From positions 2,624,001-2,688,000 of the forward strand of contig OZ245838.1 of NCBI GenBank assembly GCA_965228735.1: a DNA stretch of 64,000 nt, read 5' to 3'. Of this stretch, positions 39,351 to 48,452 are shown one piece after another (position 1 is the stretch's first letter; every line of letters starts with the position of its first letter). Origin of the DNA: Planctomycetota bacterium. Lineage in GTDB: Bacteria > Planctomycetota > UBA1135 > UBA2386. The translations under genes and the position numbers were made by a program. The notes beneath the pieces were generated by a model. That model worked only from the letters and a program-made list of their open reading frames with translations, had not been told where the DNA came from and made no database searches.

Positions 39351-41278
39351 GACTCGCCACCCCCACGGCCGGAGTCGCCGCTGCCGGAATCACCGCTGCC
39401 CGAGTCACCGCTGCCCGAGTCACCGCTGCCCGAGTCACCGCTGCCCGAGTCACCGCCGCCCGAGTCACCGCTGCCCGAGTCACCGCCGCCCGAGTCACCG
39501 CTGCCCGAGTCACCACCTCGGCGGCCCCCACCATCACGCACCGCCGCGCCGTCACCAGCAGCCGGCGCCGTCCCACCGGCCGAACGCGCGGCGTCCGCAG
39601 CGATGTCGGCGGCCTCGTCGACCGCGCTCAACGACCGGCGCACGTGAATGCGGAACTCGCCGCGCTCTTCCGGATCGGCCTCGCGCCACCGCCCGAGCTG
39701 CCGCCGGCGATCGACGGCCGAGCGCTGCATGACGACCGAGGTCACGTGCTTGGCGTCCGGCGAGAACACGTGCACGCGGTTCTTCGGCCCGAGCACGACG
39801 ATCGTGCCCTGGTCGAGATCCCAGAGGATCGCGTTGTCGCTGGCCTCGCCGGCGTCCGGGTACGCACGCGACGTCGGGCGCTGCCCCTCGTCGCTGCGTT
39901 CGAGCCCGTGCTGCGTGCGGCGACCGGCGTTGCGCGTGCGGTTCTGCAGCTGCTTCGCGAGATCGTTGAGCAACGGCAGGACGAACTCCTCTTCGTCGGT
40001 CTCGCCGTTCTTCAGCTGGCCTTCGAGCCGCAGCGCCTCGGTGTCGAGACGCCGTTGGAAGCGGCTCAGGATCTGCATGATCGCCGGGTCGACGAGCTCC
40101 ATCGGATCGACCGCCGACACCGGGTGCAGCCGCAGGCGAACGCGGCCCTCGAGCGTCGTGCCGCGCAGCAGCTGGAAGCTGAACGCGCACTTGCCCGACG
40201 GCCCGAGCGTCTTGAACAACCCGGCGTTGACCTGACCGAGGATGCGATACACCGGCGAACCTTCGCCGCCGCCGAACTCCGCGAGCTGCTGCGTGCGCAG
40301 CACCCGCCCCATCGTCACCTGCGTGAGGATCACGTCCTCGCCCGCGAGCAGCCGATCGATGCCGGCGTCCTTGCGATCGATCGCCATCGTGACGAAGTCG
40401 GTGAACGTCGGCTTGCCCGTCGAGCTGTAGCCCTCGAACACGTGCCGCGGCTCCGTCGGTCGACAGCCGTCGGCCTCGGACGAATCGGCGAAATACGAGT
40501 AGACCGCGCCGGGACGCAGCGCGCGTTCGTGCTCGCGCACTTCGCGAACGCGCTTCAGGATCTGATCCACGGCCGTGCCGGCGGCCTGCCGCAGGTCCTT
40601 GCCACCGCGGCCGCCCTCGAGGGGAATGCGCAACGCGAGTTCGAGCTCCCGCGGCATCGCGAACGGATCCACGCCCTCGACGCGCAGCAGCTGCTGCGCC
40701 ATCTCGGCGAGCGCGCGCACGGCCTGCGTCGCGAGGTGCGCGGTGTCGCGCGGCCCGCCGTCGCCGTGCATGCCGCGGCGCCCGACCCCGCGCGCGCCGC
40801 CGCCGCGGGCAGCACCCGGCTCACGGGCACCGGCAGCCTGATCACGGCGCCCGCGCTGTCGCGCCTTCTTGCCGCGTTGTCGGCCGCTCTTCGGCGGCGG
40901 CGCGTCCGCAGCCGGGCCGCCCGCGACCCCGGCCTCGGGCGCCGCCTCGGCTTCGCCCGCCGGCGCCGCCGGGTCATCGCCGCTGCGCTTGCGACGCCGG
41001 CGACGACGGCGCCGCGGCCGATCCTTCTCGTCACCGTCCGCCGCATCTCCGCCCTGGGAATCCCCACCCTGGGAATCACCGCTCTGGACCACCGGCGCCT
41101 CGACCGGCGGGGAACCGGCAACCGACGAATCAGCCGGCGGCGAAGCCGGCGCCGGCGCGGGAGCCGAATCCACCGGCTTCGGAACGGCGGGCGGAACGGC
41201 GGGCGGACCCGCGGGCGACGACGCGTCTGGTGACGGCGGCGGCGACGGCTGGTCGGGAGCGGAATCGGACTCGGACAC
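39347..41278 (-). CDS. hypothetical protein with disordered Pro/Arg-rich N-terminus and GDSGS-repeat tail
   Basis: GTG at 41278 inferred; poly-Arg tract; globular core; stop overlaps the mog start. Confidence 0.7.
   Translation of the reverse strand: MSESDSAPDQPSPPPSPDASSPAGPPAVPPAVPKPVDSAPAPAPASPPADSSVAGSPPVEAPVVQSGDSQGGDSQGGDAADGDEKDRPRRRRRRRRKRSGDDPAAPAGEAEAAPEAGVAGGPAADAPPPKSGRQRGKKARQRGRRDQAAGAREPGAARGGGARGVGRRGMHGDGGPRDTAHLATQAVRALAEMAQQLLRVEGVDPFAMPRELELALRIPLEGGRGGKDLRQAAGTAVDQILKRVREVREHERALRPGAVYSYFADSSEADGCRPTEPRHVFEGYSSTGKPTFTDFVTMAIDRKDAGIDRLLAGEDVILTQVTMGRVLRTQQLAEFGGGEGSPVYRILGQVNAGLFKTLGPSGKCAFSFQLLRGTTLEGRVRLRLHPVSAVDPMELVDPAIMQILSRFQRRLDTEALRLEGQLKNGETDEEEFVLPLLNDLAKQLQNRTRNAGRRTQHGLERSDEGQRPTSRAYPDAGEASDNAILWDLDQGTIVVLGPKNRVHVFSPDAKHVTSVVMQRSAVDRRRQLGRWREADPEERGEFRIHVRRSLSAVDEAADIAADAARSAGGTAPAAGDGAAVRDGGGRRGGDSGSGDSGGGDSGSGDSGGGDSGSGDSGSGDSGSGDSGSGDSGSGDSGRGGGES
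39372..39514. repeat. 15-bp tandem repeat (GAGTCACCGCTGCCC, about 9.5 copies) encoding GDSGS
   Basis: Directly visible; no spacers. Confidence 0.95.
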
Positions 41279-41368
41279 GGGCCGAACAACGATGCAGACG
41301 GACCAGGGCGGCCACAAGCGGGAACCACATTTCCCTTCGGGGCGGCCGGCTGCTTGAATCACCCCCGC

Positions 41369-42730
41369 ATGACGCAGATCCACGACTCGATCCTGTCGGT
41401 CGTCGGCGACACCCCGCTCGTCCGGCTCTCCCGCATCGCGCGCCACCTCGACGTCGAGCTGTTCGGCAAGTGCGAGTACCTCAACCCGGGCGGTTCGGTC
41501 AAGGATCGCATCGGCGTGCGCATGTTGCTCGACGCCGAGAAGGCGGGCCGGATCAAGCCGGGCGACACCCTGATCGAGCCGACGTCGGGCAACACCGGCA
41601 TCGGCATGGCGCTCGCCGCGGCGGTGCGCGGCTACCGGGTGATCATCACGATGCCGGAGAAGATGTCGCGCGAGAAGCAGGTGGTGCTCGAGGCGCTCGG
41701 CGCCGAGATCATCCGCACGCCGACCGAGGCCGCCTGGGACTCGCCCGAGTCGCACATCGGCGTGGCGAAGCGACTGCAGGAGGTCATTCCCAATTCGCAC
41801 ATCCTCGACCAGTACGGCAACCCGTCCAACCCGCTGGCGCACGAGGACGGCACCGGCCGCGAGATCTGCGAGCAGCTCGACGACAAGGTCGACGCGATCG
41901 TGATGACCGCGGGCACGGGCGGAACGATCACCGGCGTCGCGCGCGCGGTGAAGAAGCGCGTGCCGAACTGCCAGATCATCGGCGTCGATCCCGAGGGTTC
42001 GATCCTCGCGGGGCCGGAGCCGATCAAGAGCTACAAGGTCGAAGGGATCGGTTACGACTTCGTCCCGGACGTGCTCGACCGCGACCTCGTCGACCGTTGG
42101 ATCAAGTCCAACGACAAGGACAGCTTCCGGGTCGCACGCCAGCTGATCCGGCAGGAGGGCCTGCTCATCGGCGGCTCCTGCGGCGCGTCGGTCTGGGCCG
42201 CGCTGCAGGTGGCCAAGGACTTCCCGAAGGGCGCGCGCATCGTCTGCATCCTCGCGGACAGCATCCGCAACTACCTCACGAAGTTCGTCGACGACCGCTG
42301 GATGCGCGAGAACGGCTTCCTCGAGGAGGACTGGGCGGTCGGCACCCTCGAGGAGCTGCTGCGCGCGATGCCGCCGCGCGAGGTCGTGACGCTCGACGTC
42401 GGCGAAGACCTGAGCGCGGCCGTCGCGCTGTTCAAGGAGCGCGGCTTCTCACAGATTCCGGTCACGGACGCCGGGCGGCTCGCGGGCATCCTCACGGAGG
42501 CCGACGCGCTGCGCGTGCTCGTGGACGGCCACGCGAGCGGTTCGACGCGCGTCGCCGAGGCGATGGTGCGGCAGGTGTCGACGATCGGCCCGCACGCCCC
42601 GACATCGGAGTTGCCGGAGATCTTCGAGCGCGGCGAGGTCGCGCTCGTCGTCGACGACGACCGCACGATCCGCGGTCTCGTCACCAAGCTCGACCTGATC
42701 GAACATCTGACGAAGAGGCCCGCCGTATGA
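41369..42730 (+). CDS. cystathionine beta-synthase with CBS domains
   Basis: KCEYLNPGGSVKDR, EPTSGNTG, MPEKMSREK, GTGGT, YKVEGIGYDF, DSIRNYLTKF. Confidence 0.93.
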   Translation: MTQIHDSILSVVGDTPLVRLSRIARHLDVELFGKCEYLNPGGSVKDRIGVRMLLDAEKAGRIKPGDTLIEPTSGNTGIGMALAAAVRGYRVIITMPEKMSREKQVVLEALGAEIIRTPTEAAWDSPESHIGVAKRLQEVIPNSHILDQYGNPSNPLAHEDGTGREICEQLDDKVDAIVMTAGTGGTITGVARAVKKRVPNCQIIGVDPEGSILAGPEPIKSYKVEGIGYDFVPDVLDRDLVDRWIKSNDKDSFRVARQLIRQEGLLIGGSCGASVWAALQVAKDFPKGARIVCILADSIRNYLTKFVDDRWMRENGFLEEDWAVGTLEELLRAMPPREVVTLDVGEDLSAAVALFKERGFSQIPVTDAGRLAGILTEADALRVLVDGHASGSTRVAEAMVRQVSTIGPHAPTSELPEIFERGEVALVVDDDRTIRGLVTKLDLIEHLTKRPAV

Positions 42731-43389
42731 GCATGAACTTCGGACGCGAGATGTCGCTGCTGCGCGTGCGCTTCACCGAGGCCGGCACGCCCGAGCGCGC
42801 GGAGGCGAGGAAGGCGGAGACCGGCAGCGCCGCGACGTTCCTCGGCGCGGCGGACGACGAGGTCGAGACCGCGGCGCGCGAGGTCGTCGAGAACTTCCCG
42901 CAGATGGGCCGCGCTCAGATGACGGCGTTCGTCCGCACGTTGTGGCAGAGCAACACCTACGAGCTGCAGCGGGCGGCGGCGCACATCCTAGCCGCGCGCG
43001 CCGAGCTGCTGGAGCCGCCGGACCTCGCGTTCGTCGACGGCCTGCTCAAGAAGTGCGACGCCGACGAGCTCGCGGCGATCGTCGCGGGCGAGGCGCTCGG
43101 CACGCTGACGAGCAAGAACAAGAAGGTCTGGCGCGATCTCAAGAAGATGGCGAAGGCCGCCGACGCCCGCCTGCGCCGCGCCGCCGTGCGCGCGTGCCGC
43201 ATCCCGGTCGTCGCCGACGAAGCGCTGTTCTCCCGCCTCCAGGAGATCGTCGAGCCGCTGCTCGAACAGGGCGACGAGGACGAGGACGTCCTCGGAACGA
43301 TCGACGAACTGCTCGCCGCGATCGCCGAGCACCACGCGGACGCCGCCAACGAACTGGCCGCCCGACACGGTCGCTCGATCAACAGCTGA
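42727..43389 (+). CDS. HEAT-like repeat protein, DNA alkylation repair (AlkD)-like
   Basis: ATGA coupling; FLG...LWQSNTYE...RLRRAA helical pattern. Confidence 0.55.
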   Translation: MSMNFGREMSLLRVRFTEAGTPERAEARKAETGSAATFLGAADDEVETAAREVVENFPQMGRAQMTAFVRTLWQSNTYELQRAAAHILAARAELLEPPDLAFVDGLLKKCDADELAAIVAGEALGTLTSKNKKVWRDLKKMAKAADARLRRAAVRACRIPVVADEALFSRLQEIVEPLLEQGDEDEDVLGTIDELLAAIAEHHADAANELAARHGRSINS

Positions 43390-43438
43390 GGCGACGAGTC
43401 GACTGGCCAGGAGGCGGCGCGCCCGCCGCCCGACCGTG

Positions 43439-44314
43439 CTACTGGCCGAGCTTCTTGCGCAGCTCTTCGTTGTTCGGGTGGCGCGTCATGCCGCGCTGCC
43501 ACATCTCGCGCGCCTTCTTCGGGTCCTTCTCCTCGAGCAGGTTGCCGAGGTAGAGATACGTCTGCGCCTGGTGATCCTGGATCGGCGCCGACTCCTGCTG
43601 CTGCACCAGCGTCTCGAAGTGCTGGATCGCCTCGCCCTGCTTGCCGAGGAACTTGGGGTAGAACGTGTAGCTCACGGCCTTGGTGAAGCGCGCCTCCCAG
43701 TGGTGGTCGTCGAGCGCGAGCACGCGGTCGTACATCTGATCCGCCTTCATCGAGTACTGCCACTTGGTGTTGTCCAGCTGCATGTAGGCCATGTAGGCGC
43801 TCGCCAGGGCCATCTGCGCCTCGATGTTGCCGGGGTCGTTCTCGGCCGCCTCCTCGAACATGTCGATGAGCTCGTCCATCCGACCCTCCTCGTGCGCCTT
43901 GCGCCACGCGTCGGAGTTGTCCCAGAAGTTGGTGCCGTTGACGCTCGCGAAGAACTCCTCGATCGACTGCGGCTCACCTTCACCGCCCGCCGCGGCGAGC
44001 GCCGCCTTCGCGCCCTCAGTGCCGTTCTCCGCGAAGTAGGCCTCGACGGCGTTCTTCACCTGCTCCTTCGTCAACGTCGGCACGGCGACGCGATCGACGC
44101 TCGCGGGCGACGCCGACCGCGCGGCGAGCGCCGTCGCGAACTCGGCCTGCATCGTCTCGACGCGATCCCGAAGCGCGGCCACTTCGGCCTGCGCGGCGGC
44201 CGCCGTCGGATCGGGCGCCGGCTCGCTCTTGCTGCTGCCGAACACGACGACGGTCGTCGCGGCAGCGGTGGACAGGACGATCGAGGTGATCACGGTCGGA
44301 ATGTGCATGGCCAT
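43439..44314 (-). CDS. membrane-anchored tetratricopeptide repeat protein
   Basis: N-terminal TM; TPR-like AQTYLYLGNLLE...AREMWQRGMTRHPNN. Confidence 0.8.
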   Translation of the reverse strand: MAMHIPTVITSIVLSTAAATTVVVFGSSKSEPAPDPTAAAAQAEVAALRDRVETMQAEFATALAARSASPASVDRVAVPTLTKEQVKNAVEAYFAENGTEGAKAALAAAGGEGEPQSIEEFFASVNGTNFWDNSDAWRKAHEEGRMDELIDMFEEAAENDPGNIEAQMALASAYMAYMQLDNTKWQYSMKADQMYDRVLALDDHHWEARFTKAVSYTFYPKFLGKQGEAIQHFETLVQQQESAPIQDHQAQTYLYLGNLLEEKDPKKAREMWQRGMTRHPNNEELRKKLGQ

Positions 44315-44364
44315 GGGATTCGGTATCGAAGTCGGAACAGCGCGGGGTTCGAACGAGCGCGGGA

Positions 44365-45660
44365 TTATTTGCGACGTTGCGGCTCGCCCCGCTCGACCCC
44401 CAGCAAACGGCGCACGATGGCCTCGAACGCCGCTTTCTGCGCCGCGTAGGCCGCGCCCGTCGCGGGACCCGCAAACCCCTGGTGGACGGCGCGCACCGTC
44501 CCACTGTCGTCGAGAAACAAGGTCGTGGGATAGGACCGGACCGCGTCGACGGCCGGGAACGCCGCGCTGGCCGCGCGCTTGCTCGACGGGCCGGCGAGCA
44601 GGATCGGCCACGGCACGTCGTACCGCTCGCGGTAGGCCTGAACGACGCGCGCGTGTCGCTTCCGATCGTCGCCGTGCTCGAACGCGAGCCCGATCACGCG
44701 CAGGCCGCGGTCTTCGTACTTTGTTCGCAGCTCGCGCAGGTACGCGCCCGAGTCGCCGCAGTTGGGACACCACGTGCCGAACAGCACGACGAGCGTCGCG
44801 CGGCCGAACAGGTCGCGGAGTTGCCGCGGCTCGCCGGTCGCGACGTCGGGATAGCGCAGCGCGCCGATGTCGACCGCGGGCTCCGCGCGCGTCAGGGTGA
44901 ACGCATCGGGCAGAGCGACCGCGTCGTCGCGACGCGCCGTCCAGGTGTCGTGCCACGTCGACCCGCTCCAGAACTCCCCGCGCAGCGTGCCGTCGTCCAG
45001 CATCGTCGCGTGGAACAAGAACGCGTGCGCGCCGTCGAACACCGCGAGGCGCAGCTGGTCGCCGCGCGCGGTGCCGACGAGGTAGCGGTAGTCACCGGTG
45101 ACCGTGAGGAACGTGCCCGCGACCTCGCCCGCGGCGTCGAACAGCGGGCTCGGATTCTTGCCGAAGATCGCGACCGCGTCGTGCTCCGGATCGCTCGCGA
45201 AGCGCACGCGCCAACGGCCGGCGACGGCGAGCGGCTTGCCCGCGAGCGGGAACATGGGCGCGACCTCGCCTTCGACACCGCGCATCCGGAACGGCAGCGT
45301 GTCCTCGCCGTTGCCGCGCACCTTGCGCCAGGCGCCCTGCCACGACTCGCCCCCCGGGGGCAGGAACGGCGTCGTGATGCGCGCGTCGTACGGCGGAAAG
45401 CGCCAGTCCGAGTCGCCGCCGATGGCGCCCTCGAACGAGCGGTCTTCGAGCCCGTGCACGAGACCGAGGCGTTCGTTCTGCTCGCGAACGAGGAACGGCA
45501 GCTCGCCGCCCGGACTCTGCAGACTGCCGCGATAGTACGTCGGCGACGCGCCGGCCTCGGGTTCGGTCGCAGCCGGGTCACTCTGCGCCGGCGCGCCGAT
45601 GGCGGCAGCGGCGGCGAGGGCGAAACCGAGCAGAACCCGGCTGCGGTATCCGTTCGTCAT
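44365..45660 (-). CDS. TlpA-like thiol:disulfide oxidoreductase with N-terminal extension
   Basis: GTWCPNC, YPTTLFLD; signal peptide. Confidence 0.88.
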   Translation of the reverse strand: MTNGYRSRVLLGFALAAAAAIGAPAQSDPAATEPEAGASPTYYRGSLQSPGGELPFLVREQNERLGLVHGLEDRSFEGAIGGDSDWRFPPYDARITTPFLPPGGESWQGAWRKVRGNGEDTLPFRMRGVEGEVAPMFPLAGKPLAVAGRWRVRFASDPEHDAVAIFGKNPSPLFDAAGEVAGTFLTVTGDYRYLVGTARGDQLRLAVFDGAHAFLFHATMLDDGTLRGEFWSGSTWHDTWTARRDDAVALPDAFTLTRAEPAVDIGALRYPDVATGEPRQLRDLFGRATLVVLFGTWCPNCGDSGAYLRELRTKYEDRGLRVIGLAFEHGDDRKRHARVVQAYRERYDVPWPILLAGPSSKRAASAAFPAVDAVRSYPTTLFLDDSGTVRAVHQGFAGPATGAAYAAQKAAFEAIVRRLLGVERGEPQRRK

Positions 45661-45684
45661 GCCGGTAGGGTAACGCCAACCGGT

Positions 45685-46434
45685 ATGCAGATCTTCGACA
45701 CCCATTGCCACCTCGGCTACGACGCGGACCACGACCCCGAAGTCGATCACGCCCACGCCGTGGAGAGCGGCGTCACCGCGATGGTCGTCGTCGCGATCGA
45801 TGCCGAGAGCGGCGCCCGCGCGCGCGAGCTGTCGCGCCTGTCGGGCGTGCGCTGGAGTGCTGGCCTGCACCCCAACGACGCCGGCCGATTCGAGGCGGAC
45901 TGGCCGACGATCGAAGCCCAGGCGCGAGAACCGGCGTGCGCGGCGATCGGCGAAACCGGGCTCGACTGCTACCGCGACCGCACGCCGCTCGATCAGCAGG
46001 AGGCGTCACTGCGCCGCCACCTCGAGCTCGCGCGCGAGCTCGACAAGCCCGTGATCCTGCACTGCCGCGACGCGTTCGATCCGCTGTTCGCGCTGCTGTC
46101 GAGCGAGCCCCGCACCGAGGGCGTCATGCACTGCTTCTCGGGCACCGTGGACGAAGCGCGCATCGCCCTCGATCTCGGCCTCTACATCTCGTTCGCCGGC
46201 CCGCTGACCTACCCCAAGAACGACGCGCTCCGCGAAGCCGCGAAGTTCGTCCCGAGCGACCGCGTGCTCGTCGAGACGGACGCGCCGTTCCTCCCGCCCC
46301 AGGGCTTCCGCGGCCAACGCAACCACCCGGCGCTGATCGTTCACACGGTGACGAAGCTCGCGGAAGTGCGCGGCCTCGCCGTCGAAGACGCCGCCGCCCT
46401 CACGTTCGCGAACGCCGAACGCCTGTTCGGGTAA
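45685..46434 (+). CDS. TatD family nuclease/hydrolase
   Basis: DTHCHL, GLHP, IGETGLD, HCRDA, HCFSG, ETDAPFL. Confidence 0.95.
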   Translation: MQIFDTHCHLGYDADHDPEVDHAHAVESGVTAMVVVAIDAESGARARELSRLSGVRWSAGLHPNDAGRFEADWPTIEAQAREPACAAIGETGLDCYRDRTPLDQQEASLRRHLELARELDKPVILHCRDAFDPLFALLSSEPRTEGVMHCFSGTVDEARIALDLGLYISFAGPLTYPKNDALREAAKFVPSDRVLVETDAPFLPPQGFRGQRNHPALIVHTVTKLAEVRGLAVEDAAALTFANAERLFG

Positions 46435-46473
46435 TGGCGGTACCGAACCCGCTTCAAATCCGCCACGCCCCGC

Positions 46474-46584
46474 GTGATGCCGTACGGTACCTGGTTCAAA
46501 CCGCAAGGCTGCCACGCGAGCGCCGCCTTCGGCGGCGCTCGCGTGGCAGCCTTGCGGTTTGAACCAGGTACCGTACGGCATCAC
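46474..46584. repeat. perfect inverted repeat, 54-bp arms, 3-nt loop
   Basis: 46474-46527 is the exact reverse complement of 46531-46584. Confidence 0.95.
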
Positions 46585-48452
46585 CGCGGGGGGCTGGCTC
46601 GGAGCGCGTGGAGCACGGCCGGCTCCATCGGGTTCTGTTGCGCCGCGCGCAGGAGCTCGGCCCTGGCTTCGCGGTGACGGTCGAGGGCGCGCAGGGCTTC
46701 GGCTCGCGCCAGGCGAACGAGGTAGTGGTCGCGGCCGAGTGCGAGGCTCCGGTCGAGGTGCTGCAGCGCGCCCGCGTGATCGTCGAGGCCCGTGCGCGCT
46801 GCTGCCGCGAGCCGGAAGACCAGGCCCTTCGGTTCGGCGATCTGCAGGCACGACAGCGCGAGGCGTTCGGCTTCTTCGAACCACTTCGGCTCCTCGGTCG
46901 CGCGGCCGACCTGCAGGTGCGCTTGCGCCGACAACGTGCGCGCATACGGATCGTCCGGACGCGCGTTCACGTATCGATCGGTGACGGCCAGCGCGCGCCA
47001 CGGCCTGGCCGAGTCCGCCGGCAGCCGCGTGAGCGCTTCCGCGAAATGGCGCAGCAGCGTGCCGTGCCGGTCGTTGCCGTCGTAGGCCCGCGCCAACGGC
47101 TCGACCGCGGCGACGGTATCGCCCGCGCGCAGGTGCGCCGCGCCGAGCCCCCACCACGCGCGCCACGTCGGTGAGTCCTCGAGCTCCGCCTGCCACAGCG
47201 TCGTCTCGCTGCGGAACTCGAGCGCGCGCGCGTTCGACAGCACGACGCCGAGCAGCAACAACGCGATCGTCGCGCGCGGGCGCCTCGCGACGTTCGGCAG
47301 CCACGGCTGCACGGCGACGAGCAGCGCGAGCAGCGGGCCGTACAGCCGGTGTTCGGCGAGCGGCATGTTGAGCGGGATGACGATCCACGGCAGCGCCGCC
47401 GCCCCGGCGACCGCGAGCGCGAGCCGACGCAGCGCCGCGCCGCGGCCGGGCAGCAGCCCCATGAGAAGCAGCGCCAGAACGCTGCCCCAGCCGACGAGCA
47501 CGAGCCCGTCGAACGAGTGCCGGAAGTCGACGGCCGGATCGATCGACAACCCGACGGGGAACACCATGAGCACGAGCGCCCGCGGCAGCAGCAACCCCAT
47601 CGTCGCGAACTGCGTCACGAACGACCGGCCGTGCCCCGCGAGCGGGTCGTCCGTCGTGCGCCCTTCGAACGAGACCGTCGCGACGCCGAGCAGCTCCTGC
47701 CGTAGCGCCAGGTAGCCGAGCACGAGCAGGCCGACGGGCACGATCGTCACGGCCGCCCGCAGGATCACCGAGCGCACTCCACCCGAGCTCCCCCTAGCCG
47801 AGCTCGCCCTATTGGGGCCGCGAGCGCGCCGCACGAACAGCGACTGCGCCACCATGAGCGCCGGCAGCACGACGCCCGTCTCCTTGCTGCCGCACGCGAT
47901 CGCCGCGCCGAGCAGCGCGAGACCGACCGCCGGCACCGCGGGACCGCCGCGGCACCACCACAGGTGCGCGCGCAGGCCGACGAGCAGACCGACCCAGAGC
48001 AGCAGTTCGCTGCGCGCCGAGACGAGGTTCGTGCACTCGCTCACGAGCGGGTGCACGGCCAGCAGCGCGACGACGGAGAACGCGCCGAGCGACCGCAGCC
48101 CGAGGCCGCGCAGCCAGCCGAACGCGAGTCCGCACACGCCGGCGTGCAGCAACACGTTCGAGAGCTTGAACAGCCACGGCGCATCGTCGATCGCGAACGT
48201 CAGCCCGAGACTCAGCAGCACCATTGGGCGAAACATCGCGCCGTTGTCCGAGAACGCGGTCGGGTCGCTGAGCCAGCGCCACCAGTGCGCCGTGTCCTGC
48301 AGGTGCCAGTTGGCCGCGATCGAATGGATGTCGTCGAAGACGAACGCGCCGAACACGGCGCAGCCGTGCGCCAGGACCGCGAGCCCGAGCGTCGCGAGGA
48401 GCAGCAGCCGCGTGCGCGAACGCGCCGCGTGACGCAGCGCTACGGATGTCAC
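46581..48452 (-). CDS. TMTC-like GT-C membrane glycosyltransferase with TPR tail
   Basis: FVFDD, FRP, HPLVSECT, ARSELL, SKE, AEHRLY, then TPRs; GTG overlapping the upstream stop. Confidence 0.8.
   Translation of the reverse strand: MTSVALRHAARSRTRLLLLATLGLAVLAHGCAVFGAFVFDDIHSIAANWHLQDTAHWWRWLSDPTAFSDNGAMFRPMVLLSLGLTFAIDDAPWLFKLSNVLLHAGVCGLAFGWLRGLGLRSLGAFSVVALLAVHPLVSECTNLVSARSELLLWVGLLVGLRAHLWWCRGGPAVPAVGLALLGAAIACGSKETGVVLPALMVAQSLFVRRARGPNRASSARGSSGGVRSVILRAAVTIVPVGLLVLGYLALRQELLGVATVSFEGRTTDDPLAGHGRSFVTQFATMGLLLPRALVLMVFPVGLSIDPAVDFRHSFDGLVLVGWGSVLALLLMGLLPGRGAALRRLALAVAGAAALPWIVIPLNMPLAEHRLYGPLLALLVAVQPWLPNVARRPRATIALLLLGVVLSNARALEFRSETTLWQAELEDSPTWRAWWGLGAAHLRAGDTVAAVEPLARAYDGNDRHGTLLRHFAEALTRLPADSARPWRALAVTDRYVNARPDDPYARTLSAQAHLQVGRATEEPKWFEEAERLALSCLQIAEPKGLVFRLAAAARTGLDDHAGALQHLDRSLALGRDHYLVRLARAEALRALDRHREARAELLRAAQQNPMEPAVLHALRASPPR

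Noticed and set aside
39372..39514. CRISPR-like repeat array
   Set aside because: Head-to-tail 15-bp units with no spacers, in frame within a CDS; no cas genes in the window
46474..46584. Integron attC site or tRNA
   Set aside because: Perfect stem without the extrahelical bases or RYYYAAC/GTTRRRY ends of attC; no cloverleaf; no integrase
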